Shown here piece by piece: positions 50,692 through 60,017 of a stretch of 64,000 nt of DNA (within the stretch, counting starts at the first letter, position 1; every line of letters begins with the position of its first letter). A model generated the notes under the pieces. It was given only the letters and a program-made list of their open reading frames with translations, was not told the DNA's origin and did not search any database. Origin of the DNA: an uncultured Actinomycetota bacterium (lineage in GTDB: Bacteria > Actinomycetota > Actinomycetes > Mycobacteriales > SCTD01); the NCBI GenBank assembly GCA_963806415.1, contig CAWDYD010000005.1:1540287-1604286 (forward strand), in the 5' to 3' direction. The position numbers were made by a program, and so were the translations under genes.

Positions 50692-52257
50692 TCAGCCGGC
50701 CGCCAGCCCCGCGTGCTCCTGCCGCAGATCCCGCTTGAGGATCTTGCCGCTGGGGTTCTTCGGCAGGGCGTCGACCAGCACGACGTGCTTGGGCCGCTTG
50801 TACCCCGCGAGGTGCTGCCGGCAGTGCTCCCCGACGTCCTCGGCGGTCACCGAAGCCCCCGGCCGGACCACCACCGCCGCGGTGACCGCCTCCACCCACT
50901 TCGGGTCGTCGACGGCGAAGACCGCCACCTCGGCGACGCCGTCAAGGGCGTAGATGCACTCCTCGACCTCCCGGCTGGCGACGTTCTCCCCGCCGGTCTT
51001 GATCATGTCCTTCTTGCGGTCGACGACCGACAGCCGCCCCTCGTCGTCCAGCACGCCCAGGTCGCCGCTGTGGAACCAGCCGTTGCGGAAGGTCTCCGCG
51101 GTCTTCTCCGGGTCGTTGTAGTAGCCCAGCGTCGCGTGCGGGCTGCGGTGCACGATCTCGCCGACCGTGCCGGCCGGCACCGGCTGGTCGTCGTCGTCGA
51201 CGACGAGCGTCTCGACGTTCAGCACCGCCCGGCCGGCCGAACCGGCGTGGCTGAGCTGCTCCTCCGGCGGCAGCAGCGTCGCCAGCGGGGCCATCTCGGT
51301 CTGGCCGTAGAAGTTCCACAGCCGCACGTCCGGCAGCCTCCGCTGCATCTCGTGCAGGATCTCGACCGGCATCGGCGAGGCGCCGTAGTACCCCTTGCGC
51401 AGGCTCGACAGGTCCGCGGTGTCGAACTCCGGGCAGCGCAGCAGGGCGATCCACACCGTCGGCGGGCAGAACAGCTTGGTCACCCGCTCCCGCTCGATCG
51501 TGCGCAGCAGGGCCACCGGGTCGGGGCCGCGCAGCACGATCGAGGTGGCCCCCAGGTAGACGTCCGGCCCGAGGAAGCAGTCCAGCTGCGCGCAGTGGTA
51601 CAGCGGCAGCGCGTGCACCTCGACGTCGTCGCCGGTCATGCCGCCCTCGACGACGCACGAGACGTACTGCCACAGCAGCGACCGGCTCGACAGCAGCACA
51701 CCCTTGGGCCGGGACTCGGTGCCGGAGGTGTACATCAGCCGCAGCGGGTCGTCGTCGGCCACCACCACCTGCGGCGGCGCGTCCGGGCAGGCGAACCATG
51801 CCTCGACGTCCGGCCACTCCTCCAGGCCGCTGCCGGCGAGCGGGATGCGCGCCCGGATCCGGACGTCCCCGCCGGCCTTCTCGGCGACCTCGGCCAGAGC
51901 GTCCTCCGCGACGAACGCCACCGCGCCGCTGTGCTCCAGGATGTACGCCACCTCCGACGCCCCGAGCATGAAGTTGACCGGGACCAGCACCACCCCGAGC
52001 CGGGCGCAGGCGAACGACAGAACCGCGAACTGCCAGCAGTTGTGCGACAGCAACGCCAGCCGGTCTCCCGCGACGAGCCCCTCGCCGGCCAGTCCGGCCG
52101 CCGCGCGGTCGATGACCGCGTCCAGCTCGGCGAACGTGAGGCGGACGTCGCCGTCGACCAGCGCGGTCCGCCCAGGCACCCGCCGGGCGGTGCGCCGGGG
52201 CAGGTCACCGAGGGCGTGCGAGCGGGCAGATGCGACGAGGGCGGCGAGATCGGTCAC
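50692..52257 (-). CDS. long-chain acyl-CoA synthetase (FadD13-like AMP-binding enzyme)
   Basis: GTG 52257 (VTDLAALVASARS...). Motifs: YTSGTESRPKG, FYGQTEMAP, GWFHSGDLG, KTGGENV, PKNPSGKILKR. ATG 52299 is an alternative start. Confidence 0.88.
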   Translation of the reverse strand: MTDLAALVASARSHALGDLPRRTARRVPGRTALVDGDVRLTFAELDAVIDRAAAGLAGEGLVAGDRLALLSHNCWQFAVLSFACARLGVVLVPVNFMLGASEVAYILEHSGAVAFVAEDALAEVAEKAGGDVRIRARIPLAGSGLEEWPDVEAWFACPDAPPQVVVADDDPLRLMYTSGTESRPKGVLLSSRSLLWQYVSCVVEGGMTGDDVEVHALPLYHCAQLDCFLGPDVYLGATSIVLRGPDPVALLRTIERERVTKLFCPPTVWIALLRCPEFDTADLSSLRKGYYGASPMPVEILHEMQRRLPDVRLWNFYGQTEMAPLATLLPPEEQLSHAGSAGRAVLNVETLVVDDDDQPVPAGTVGEIVHRSPHATLGYYNDPEKTAETFRNGWFHSGDLGVLDDEGRLSVVDRKKDMIKTGGENVASREVEECIYALDGVAEVAVFAVDDPKWVEAVTAAVVVRPGASVTAEDVGEHCRQHLAGYKRPKHVVLVDALPKNPSGKILKRDLRQEHAGLAAG

Positions 52258-52319
52258 GGCCCGGACGGTGCCACCCCACCCAGGGCTACCGCAAGCCACC
52301 CCCGGCTAGCCTTGCCGAC

Positions 52320-53903
52320 GTGCACGAGCTCGGCCCGGCCCTGCTGGTCGTCCTGGGCATCGCCGTCGCCGGGCTGCTGTCGCGACGCAGCGGCATCCCG
52401 TCGCCGGTCCTGCTGGTGCTCGGCGGCCTGGCCGTGGCCTCGGTGCCCGGCACGCCGAGCGTCGAGCTGGACCCCGAGGTCATCCTCGTGCTCGTCCTGC
52501 CGCCGCTGCTCTACAGCGCCGCGCTCGATGCGAGCCTGCTGGACTTCCGGGCCAACGCCCGCCCGATCGCCCTGCTGTCGGTCGGACTGGTGGTCTTCAG
52601 CGCCCTCGTCGTCGGGTCGGTGGCCCGGCTCGTCCTGCCCGACCTGCCCTGGTCGGTCGCGCTCGCCCTTGGCGCCGTGCTCGCACCACCGGACGCCGTC
52701 GCCGCGATCGCCATCGGCCGGCGGGTGGGCATGCCGACCCGGCTGCAGACCGTCATCGAGGGCGAGGGGCTGCTCAACGACGCGACCGCGCTGGTGCTGC
52801 TGCAGGTCGCGGTCGCCGCGGCCGTCGGCGGGGGGCTGTCACCCGGCCGCACCGTGCAGGTGCTGTTCGTCGCCTCGGTCGGCGGACTGGTCGTCGGCCT
52901 GGTCGTCGCGTGGCTCGTCGCGCAGGTGCGACGCCGGCTGGAGGAGCCGCTGGTCGAGAACGTGCTGTCGCTGGCCACCCCGTTCCTGGCGTACCTGCCG
53001 GCCGAGCAGATCCACGCCAGCGGGATCCTGGCCGTCGTCGTCTGCGGCCTGTGGCTGGGCCACGCCACCCCGACCCTGCTCTCGTCGACGTCCAGGCTGC
53101 AGACCCAGCCGGTCTGGCGCGTGGTCGTCTTCCTGCTGGAGGGGGGCGTGTTCCTGCTCATCGGCCTGCAGCTCCCCGACATCGTCGACGGGCTCGGGGA
53201 GTACGGCGCGCTGCAGCTCACCGGCTGGTCGACCGCGATCGTCCTGGCGGTCCTGCTCGCCCGCCCGGTCTGGGTCGTGCCGGCGACCTACCTCCCGCGG
53301 CGGTGGAGCGCCCGGTTGGCTGACCGCGACCCGGCCCCGCCCTGGACGGTCACCGCCGCGCTGTCCTGGGCAGGCATGCGGGGGGTGGTGTCGCTCGCCG
53401 CGGCGTTCGCCCTGCCGTTCACCACCGACGACGGCCGGCCGTTCCCGCAGCGCGACCTGCTGCTGTTCCTCGTGTTCGTCGTCATCCTGGTGACGCTGCT
53501 GCTGCAGGGCCTCACCTTCGGACGGGTGCTGCGCAGGCTCGGGCTCGGTCGGGACCGGCAGGCGATGCTGCTCGCCCAGGCGTCCGGGCAGCAGTCCGCC
53601 GCCCGCGCCGGCGTCGCCGCCCTCGACGCCGTCGCGCGCGACCCGGAGGACACCGCCGTCGCCGAGCAGCTCCGCCGGCTCTCCGAGGCCCGGGCCAACG
53701 CCCGCTGGGAGCGGCTCGCCGAGGCCCGCGGCCCGGGCGCCGAGACCCCGTCGGCGCGCTGGCGCCGGCTGCGCATCGTCATGCTCGAGGCCGAGCGCGC
53801 CGAGCTGCTCCGCCTGCGCGACTCGGGTCAGCTGCCCGACGAGGCGATGCGCGAGCTGCAGCGCACCCTGGACCTCGAGGAGGCCGCTCTCACCACCGGC
53901 TGA
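52320..53903 (+). CDS. Na+/H+ antiporter (CPA1/NhaP type)
   Basis: GTG 52320, 527 aa and intact. The membrane domain contains LAPPDAVAA, EGEGLLNDATALVLLQV and AGMRGVVSLAAA. The C-terminal tail is soluble. Confidence 0.85.
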   Translation: MHELGPALLVVLGIAVAGLLSRRSGIPSPVLLVLGGLAVASVPGTPSVELDPEVILVLVLPPLLYSAALDASLLDFRANARPIALLSVGLVVFSALVVGSVARLVLPDLPWSVALALGAVLAPPDAVAAIAIGRRVGMPTRLQTVIEGEGLLNDATALVLLQVAVAAAVGGGLSPGRTVQVLFVASVGGLVVGLVVAWLVAQVRRRLEEPLVENVLSLATPFLAYLPAEQIHASGILAVVVCGLWLGHATPTLLSSTSRLQTQPVWRVVVFLLEGGVFLLIGLQLPDIVDGLGEYGALQLTGWSTAIVLAVLLARPVWVVPATYLPRRWSARLADRDPAPPWTVTAALSWAGMRGVVSLAAAFALPFTTDDGRPFPQRDLLLFLVFVVILVTLLLQGLTFGRVLRRLGLGRDRQAMLLAQASGQQSAARAGVAALDAVARDPEDTAVAEQLRRLSEARANARWERLAEARGPGAETPSARWRRLRIVMLEAERAELLRLRDSGQLPDEAMRELQRTLDLEEAALTTG

Positions 53904-53907
53904 CGGT

Positions 53908-54222
53908 TCAGCCGAGCCGCTCGTGCACGTAGCACCAGCGCCAGCTCTCCCCCGGCTCGAACGACCGCATCACCGGGTGCCCGGCCGCGGTCGCGTGGCC
54001 CCGGGCGTGCTTGTACTCCCCGGTGTCGCAGCACCCCACGTGCCCGCAGTCCAGGCACATCCGCAGGAGCACCCAGGTCGACCCGAGCTCCAGGCACTCC
54101 TGGCAACCCTCCGGCGTGATCGGCTCCGCGTCGGCCGGCGCGTCCCGCAGCTCCTCGCACGGCTCCGGGCCGACCGGCACGGGCGGGGACGGAAGCAGCC
54201 GGCGCAGGGAACGCGGAGTCAT
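53908..54222 (-). CDS. UBP-type zinc-finger domain protein
   Basis: ATG 54222, 104 aa. The Cys/His pattern is CQECLELGSTWVLLRMCLDCGHVGCCDTGEYKHARGH. The long ORF track entry that runs to 55461 is an extension. Confidence 0.75.
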   Translation of the reverse strand: MTPRSLRRLLPSPPVPVGPEPCEELRDAPADAEPITPEGCQECLELGSTWVLLRMCLDCGHVGCCDTGEYKHARGHATAAGHPVMRSFEPGESWRWCYVHERLG

Positions 54223-54276
54223 GCCGTGATTCTCCCCGACGGCCGGAATGTGAGGCGGCTCACGTACCCTGGGGGT

Positions 54277-55098
54277 ATGCCCATCGAGCACTCCGGGGTG
54301 GGGGACGTCGTCGCCGACGTCCTGCCCGACGCCGTGACCGCATCGTCGTTCGACCCGGTCCCGGCACCGGCACCCGACGAGCCGTCCTGGTGGGGCCGGC
54401 CCCTCGGGGAGCTGCGCTGGCAGGCCGAGCTCGTCCGGCTGCTGGCCGACCCGGTCTACGCCGGCCGCGGCCTGCCCCGCGGCGACGGCGGCCCGGTGCT
54501 GCTCATCCCCGGCTTCCTCGCCGGCGACTCCTCGCTGTCGGTCATGGCGCGCTGGCTGCGGCGGATCGGGCACGACCCGTACGGCGCCGGCATCGCCACC
54601 AACGTCGACTGCTCCGACCGCGCCGTCGCGCGGCTCGAGCGCACGCTGCTGCGGCTGCACCTGCGCACCGGGCGCAAGGTCGCCCTGGTCGGGCACAGCC
54701 GCGGCGGCCACTTCGCCAAGGCCCTCGCGGCACGACACCCCGACCGGGTGCGCGCCGTGGTCTCGATGGGGGCCGGCCTCGACGAGCCGTTCGACATCTC
54801 GATCCCGACCAAGGTCGCGGTCTCGATGGTCCGCGGCGTCCTGCACCGCCTGGACCCGACGACGGCGGAGCGCGGCTGCCTCACCTCGTCCTGCGACTGC
54901 CCGTTCGTGCGCGACTACACCGCGCCCTGGCCGTCGAGCGTCCCGCTGACCACGGTATGGACCCCGACCGACGGCGTCGTGCAACCGCGGTCCTGCGTCG
55001 TGCCGTACGCCACGAGCGTGCAGGTGCCCGGCAGCCACCTGGGCCTGGCGTTCAACCGGCACGCCTACCGGGCCGTGGCGCGCGCGCTCGCCGGCTGA
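54277..55098 (+). CDS. alpha/beta hydrolase (lipase-like)
   Basis: ATG 54277 (MPIEHSGVG). Motifs: LLIPGFLAGD and nucleophile elbow LVGHSRGGHFA. It is 273 aa. Confidence 0.8.
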   Translation: MPIEHSGVGDVVADVLPDAVTASSFDPVPAPAPDEPSWWGRPLGELRWQAELVRLLADPVYAGRGLPRGDGGPVLLIPGFLAGDSSLSVMARWLRRIGHDPYGAGIATNVDCSDRAVARLERTLLRLHLRTGRKVALVGHSRGGHFAKALAARHPDRVRAVVSMGAGLDEPFDISIPTKVAVSMVRGVLHRLDPTTAERGCLTSSCDCPFVRDYTAPWPSSVPLTTVWTPTDGVVQPRSCVVPYATSVQVPGSHLGLAFNRHAYRAVARALAG

Positions 55099-55103
55099 CC
55101 CGT

Positions 55104-56027
55104 TCACAGCCGGCTGCTCAGCACCTCCAGCGCGCTCCGGCCGGCCCGCCACGCCCCGGCCGACAGCCCGCGGTGCAGCGGCTCGACCCCCGCGACCAGC
55201 CGGTTCGGCGGCCGCCCGGGACCGACCGGGCCGAGCCGGTCGAGGAAGCCCGCCAGCAGGTCGAAGGACTCCTGCGGCTTCTCCAGCAGGTACGCGTGCC
55301 CCGCGCCCGGCACCACCGCCAGCTCGGCGCCGGGGATCCGCCCGGCCAGCCGGCGGGCCGCCGTCAGCGGAGTGAGCCCGTCCGCACCGCCGTGCATCAC
55401 CAGCGTCGGCCGGTCCAGCCGGGGCAGCCGCGACCAGGTGTCGTGGTACAGGCTCGCCCACCAGTGCGCCGACAGCCCGCTCGCCCGCGCGCGGTGCCGC
55501 CCGACGTACCCCAGCAGCTCGGCGACCCGCTCCGGCTCGCGGGCCCGGAACTCGGCGCTGAACAGCATCGCCGCGACGGTCCGGGCGCGGGCGTGCTCCA
55601 GCGGACCGGGCAGGTGGCCGGCCAGGGCGCGCAGCTCGCGGACCGGCACACCCGCGTGCGGCCCGCCGGGAGTCGTCGCACCGAGGATCAGGCTGCGCAC
55701 CCGGTGCGGGAAGCGCAGCGCCATCTCCTGCGCCACCATGCCGCCCATCGACAGCCCGTAGACGTGCGCGCTGTCGAGCCCGACCGCGTCGAGCAGCCCG
55801 ACCGCGTCGGCGGCCAGCTGCCCCATCGACAGGCCCGGGCGGGCCGCCGAGCTGCGGCCCGCCCCGCGGTTGTCGTACGAGGTGACGGCGAACCGCCCGG
55901 TGTAGAGCGGCAGCACCGGCTCGAAGATCGCCGAGCTGATCGCGAACCCGGTGATGAGCAGCAGCGGCTCCCCGGAGCCCGCCTGCTCGACGTACAGCCG
56001 GGCGCCGCGGACCGGGACGTGCGGCAC
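55104..56027 (-). CDS. alpha/beta hydrolase, co-transcribed with phaC (candidate PHA-related esterase)
   Basis: GTG 56027 lies 2 nt after the phaC stop. Motifs: LLLITGFAISS, elbow VYGLSMGGMVAQ, VMHGGADG...GAGHAY. It is 307 aa. Confidence 0.8.
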   Translation of the reverse strand: MPHVPVRGARLYVEQAGSGEPLLLITGFAISSAIFEPVLPLYTGRFAVTSYDNRGAGRSSAARPGLSMGQLAADAVGLLDAVGLDSAHVYGLSMGGMVAQEMALRFPHRVRSLILGATTPGGPHAGVPVRELRALAGHLPGPLEHARARTVAAMLFSAEFRAREPERVAELLGYVGRHRARASGLSAHWWASLYHDTWSRLPRLDRPTLVMHGGADGLTPLTAARRLAGRIPGAELAVVPGAGHAYLLEKPQESFDLLAGFLDRLGPVGPGRPPNRLVAGVEPLHRGLSAGAWRAGRSALEVLSSRL

Positions 56028-56029
56028 CG

Positions 56030-57727
56030 TCAGGTCACGAAGACGTACGTGCCGGGCGCCGCGCACAGCGGCTCGTACACGTCGTTCCCCAGCTCCTTCG
56101 GCGCGTCGACGAGCTCGCCCGCCCGCTCGGTGGCCCACGCCGTCCAGTCGGTCCACCACGAGCCCTGGTGGGTCGTCGCGGACGTCAGCCAGGTGTCGGC
56201 CGACTCGGGCAGCTCCTGGGCCACCCGGTAGGTCGACTTGGGGTTGCCCGGCGGGTTCACCAGCGCGGCGATGTGGCCGCTGGTCGACAGCACGAACCGC
56301 GGCCGGGAGCCGAACAGCCGGCCGCTGCGGTAGACGGTCTCCCACGGGCAGATGTGGTCGGCGATCCCGGCCAGGTTGTAGGTGTCGACCTCGATCTTCG
56401 ACAGGTCCACCGGAGTACCGAGCACGACGAACTTCCCCGGCTGGACCAGCGCGTTGTCGATCGACATGCGCAGGAAGTCGCGGTGCAGGTTCGCCGGCAT
56501 CCGGGTGGTGTCGGAGTTCCAGAACAGCACGTCGAAGGCCGGCGGCTTCTTGCCCAGCAGGTAGTTGTTGACCCAGTAGTTCCACACCAGGTCGTCAGGG
56601 CGCAGCCAGGCGAACACCCCGGCCAGGGACCGGCCGTCGAGGTAGCCGCGGCTCTGCGACTCCGCCGTCGCGGCGGCCGCGGTCGGCGCGTCGATGAGCG
56701 CGCCGAGCGTGCCGTTGCTGCTCTGGTCGAGCACCGTCACCCCGAGCGTGAGCGCGGCGACCCGGTCCTGCTGCCCGGTCGCGACCAGGTGCGACACCGC
56801 CGTGCTGGTGACGATGCCCCCGGCGCACAGGGCGAACAGCAGCGCCTTCTGCGCCCCGGTGACGTCCTCGATCGCGTCCATGGCCCGCAGCACCGAGCCG
56901 GCGTAGTCGTCCATGCCCAGGTCGCGGTCCTCCTGCGACGGGTTGACCCAGGAGATCGCGAAGACCTGCAGCCCGGCGTCGAGGAAGAACTCGACCATGC
57001 TGCGGCCGGGCGCCAGGTCGGCGATGTAGTACTTGTTGATCATCGGCGGGACGACGAGCAGTGGCGTCTGGTGCACCTTCTCGGTGCGCGGCATGTAGTG
57101 GATCAGCTCGAAGACCCGGGTCCGCAGGATCACCTGGCCCTCGGTGACGGCGACGTCCCGGCCGACCACGAAGGCGTCCCGGTCGACCATCTGCGGGATG
57201 CGCGGCTTGGTCGCGAGGTCCCGGACGAGCTGGCGGCCGCCGTGCAGGTAGTTCTTGCCGCCGGTGTCGAGGGCCACCTTGAGCGCCGCCGGGTTGAGGA
57301 ACGGGTTGTTGCTCGGCGCGAGCGCCGCGACGAGGTTCTCGGCGACGAAGCGCAGCCGGCGGTCCTGGCGCCAGTCCAGGTTCGCGTCGTCGAGCAGCTG
57401 GTCCACGGTGCCGCCGGCGGCGAGGTAGCACTGCACGACCCGGCGGAGCACCGGGTTGCCCGACCACGCCGGGTCGGCGAAGCGGCGGTCCTTCTTCGCC
57501 GGCGCCAGCTCGGACCGGCCCACGGCGATCTTGGCGAGCTCCCGGGTCAGGCCGAGCGAGCGGCGGGTCACGGTGGCCGGGTGGGCGGCCAGCTTGGCCG
57601 CCATGGTGACCCCGGCCATGCCGGGCAGGAAGCGCCGGAAGGACGCTCCGGTCGAGTCGGTGAGCAGGGCGTCGAGCGTGCCGGTGCCGCCGGCTCCGAT
57701 GGACTCGGTCGCGGCCTCGGCCGTCAT
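56030..57727 (-). CDS. phaC: class I poly(R)-hydroxyalkanoate synthase
   Basis: ATG 57727 follows GAGGAG. It is 565 aa with the PhaC N-domain (RFADPAWSGNP...). The lipase-box-like active site has Cys (FALCAGGIV), and the conserved DHICPW follows. Confidence 0.9.
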   Translation of the reverse strand: MTAEAATESIGAGGTGTLDALLTDSTGASFRRFLPGMAGVTMAAKLAAHPATVTRRSLGLTRELAKIAVGRSELAPAKKDRRFADPAWSGNPVLRRVVQCYLAAGGTVDQLLDDANLDWRQDRRLRFVAENLVAALAPSNNPFLNPAALKVALDTGGKNYLHGGRQLVRDLATKPRIPQMVDRDAFVVGRDVAVTEGQVILRTRVFELIHYMPRTEKVHQTPLLVVPPMINKYYIADLAPGRSMVEFFLDAGLQVFAISWVNPSQEDRDLGMDDYAGSVLRAMDAIEDVTGAQKALLFALCAGGIVTSTAVSHLVATGQQDRVAALTLGVTVLDQSSNGTLGALIDAPTAAAATAESQSRGYLDGRSLAGVFAWLRPDDLVWNYWVNNYLLGKKPPAFDVLFWNSDTTRMPANLHRDFLRMSIDNALVQPGKFVVLGTPVDLSKIEVDTYNLAGIADHICPWETVYRSGRLFGSRPRFVLSTSGHIAALVNPPGNPKSTYRVAQELPESADTWLTSATTHQGSWWTDWTAWATERAGELVDAPKELGNDVYEPLCAAPGTYVFVT

Positions 57728-57744
57728 CGCGTCTCCTCGATCTG

Positions 57745-57789
57745 GTCGCCGTGCGGGGTGTCGCCGTGCGGGGTGTCGCCGTGCATGGT
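57745..57789. repeat. 15-bp tandem repeat, 3 copies, immediately upstream of the phaC ribosome-binding site
   Basis: gtcgccgtgcggggt occurs at 57745-59 and again at 57760-74. The variant gtcgccgtgcatggt is at 57775-89. Confidence 0.85.
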
Positions 57790-57860
57790 GGGACCTCCGG
57801 AACATGCTCGTCACGCGCTGTCGGCGGGTGTGCTACCCGTCACACCCGCGCCTCACCACC

Positions 57861-58475
57861 CTATGCCCGCCCGTACAGCAGGCGGAGCGTCAGCACGACC
57901 AGGTCCTCCACGACCCGGGCGTCGTCCTGCGGCGGCCTGGCCTGCGCGAGCAGGTCGTTCTTCAACGCCAGCACGGCCCCGGCCAGCACCGCCGCGCTCG
58001 GCGGGCCGGCGGGCGCGAGCCCCGCCGCCCGGTCCCGTTCGATCTTGGCGGCGGTGCGACGGGTGCCGCGCTCGACCAGCTCGGCCCGCCAGGCAGCCAG
58101 CTGCGGGACGCCGTCGTCGCCGCGCCAGGCCTGGCGCAGCAGGCCGCCGTGGGTCCGCCACAGCGCCACGCTGTGCCGGGTGGCCTGCCGCAGCGCGGCC
58201 TCGTCGGGCCCGACCGCCTCCAGCCAGGGGGTGTTCTCCGCCGCCAGCTCGGCGGAGAGCCCGTCGAGCAGCGCGGCCAGCAGGGCCGACTTGGAGTCGA
58301 AGTAGAAGTAGAAGCTCGACCGGGACAGGTCGGCCGCCGCGGCCAGCTGGTCGGTGGTGATCTGGGACAGCGGCGTGGTCTCCAGCAGCGCCCGGGCGCC
58401 GTCCAGGATCGCCTGCTCGCGCCGGTCCCCGCGGGACGGAGAGCGGCGGCGGCTGACCGGCGTCGGCGTCGTCAC
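57861..58475 (-). CDS. TetR family transcriptional regulator
   Basis: 204 aa with HTH ITTDQLAAAADLSRSSFYFYFDSKSALL. It is divergent from the MFS gene at 58556. The intergenic region carries GTGTCGgcgtgactCGACAC. Confidence 0.88.
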   Translation of the reverse strand: MTTPTPVSRRRSPSRGDRREQAILDGARALLETTPLSQITTDQLAAAADLSRSSFYFYFDSKSALLAALLDGLSAELAAENTPWLEAVGPDEAALRQATRHSVALWRTHGGLLRQAWRGDDGVPQLAAWRAELVERGTRRTAAKIERDRAAGLAPAGPPSAAVLAGAVLALKNDLLAQARPPQDDARVVEDLVVLTLRLLYGRA

Positions 58476-58555
58476 ACGGACCAGCCTAACGGCGTCGTGT
58501 CGGCGTGACTCGACACACTGTCGACTCCGGTGAACAGGGCGTCTAGAGTCCCGGC

Positions 58556-59983
58556 ATGCCTCCCCGCAGCGCCTCGCCCCTGCTGCTGCCGGTCCTCGCG
58601 CTGACCACCACCGTCATCGCGGTCCTGCAGACCGTCGTCGTGCCCGTGCTCGCCACCATCGGCCTGGCGCTGGGCTCGTCCCCCTCGGCCACCGGCTGGG
58701 TGCTCACCGCCAACCTGCTCGCCGCGGCCGTGCTCACCCCGGTGCTCGGCCGGCTCGGCGACGTGCACGGCCGGCGACCGGTGCTGCTCGCCGTGCTGGT
58801 CGTCGTCACCGCGGGGTCGCTGCTCGCGGCGCTCACCACCTCGCTCCCGATGCTGCTGCTCGCGCGGGTCCTGCAGGGCGCCTCGTACGCGCTGTTCCCG
58901 CTGTCGATGGGGGTGCTGCGCGACGAGCTGCCGGGCGAGCGGCTGACCGGCGCGATGGCGATCGTCAGCGCCGCGCTGGGCGCCGGCGGCGGGTTCGGCC
59001 TGGTGCTCACCGGCCTGCTCGCCCGCGACGGCGGCGACTACCACCGGGTCTTCTGGGCGGCCGCCGCGGTGAGCCTGCTCGCGCTGCTGCTCGCGGCCCG
59101 GGTCGTGCCGGCCCGCACGCCGCCGGCCTCCGGGGGCGTCGACTGGCTCGGCGCCGCGGTGCTCGGCGCCGGCCTCGTGCTGCTGCTGCTCCCGCTGTCG
59201 CGCGGCGCCGCCTGGGGCTGGCGCTCGCCGGCGACGGTCGGCTGCCTGCTCGCCGCGGCAACGGTCCTCGCGCTCTGGTGGGTCCTGCAGAACCGCCTCG
59301 CCACGCCGCTCGTCCGGCCGCAGATGCTGCGCAGCCGACCGCTCGCCGTCACGCACGCCGCCGCGCTGCTCATCGGCGTGGGCATGTTCGTGGCCTTCCT
59401 CGCGGTCTCCGGCTTCGTGCAGACCCCGGCGGCCTCCGGGTACGGGTTCTCTGCGAGCGTGCTCGCCGCCAGCGCCGGCTACCTGCTGCCCGGGGCGCTG
59501 TTCGGGGTGCTGCTCGCTCCGCTCGGCGGTCGCGCGGTCACCCGCGCCGGGGGCAGGGCGGTGCTGCTGTCCGCCGCCGCCCTCGGCGCCGGCGGCTTCG
59601 CCCTGATGGCGGTGATGCACAGCGCGAGCTGGGAGCTGATCGTCGGCTCGCTGCTGGTCAACGGCGCGGTCAGCCTGGCCTTCGCCGCCCTGCCGGCCCT
59701 GATCGTCGCCGAGGTCTCCCCGCACGAGACCGGCGTCGCGAACAGCGTCAACTCCATCGCCCGGTCGATCGGCAGCTCGCTGGCCAGCGCGGTGGTGGTC
59801 ACCCTGCTGGCGAGCTCGGTCCTGCCCGGCGGCCTGCCGCGCGAGTCCGCGTACGTCTCGGCCTTCGCGATCGGCGCCGGGGCCTTCGTGCTCGCCGGGA
59901 TGCTCGTCGGCTTCGGTCTGCCGCGCCCCGGGACGACCCGGGCAGCCGCCGCGCCCGCGTTCCTCGTCGGCGCCCGGGCCTGA
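58556..59983 (+). CDS. MFS transporter (DHA2/EmrB family, 14-TMS type)
   Basis: ATG 58556, 475 aa and intact. Motifs: LQTVVVPVL, LGRLGDVHGRR. Confidence 0.88.
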   Translation: MPPRSASPLLLPVLALTTTVIAVLQTVVVPVLATIGLALGSSPSATGWVLTANLLAAAVLTPVLGRLGDVHGRRPVLLAVLVVVTAGSLLAALTTSLPMLLLARVLQGASYALFPLSMGVLRDELPGERLTGAMAIVSAALGAGGGFGLVLTGLLARDGGDYHRVFWAAAAVSLLALLLAARVVPARTPPASGGVDWLGAAVLGAGLVLLLLPLSRGAAWGWRSPATVGCLLAAATVLALWWVLQNRLATPLVRPQMLRSRPLAVTHAAALLIGVGMFVAFLAVSGFVQTPAASGYGFSASVLAASAGYLLPGALFGVLLAPLGGRAVTRAGGRAVLLSAAALGAGGFALMAVMHSASWELIVGSLLVNGAVSLAFAALPALIVAEVSPHETGVANSVNSIARSIGSSLASAVVVTLLASSVLPGGLPRESAYVSAFAIGAGAFVLAGMLVGFGLPRPGTTRAAAAPAFLVGARA

Positions 59984-60017
59984 CCCGACCCGGTTAGGGT
60001 CGGGTCGGGAGGCTCCC

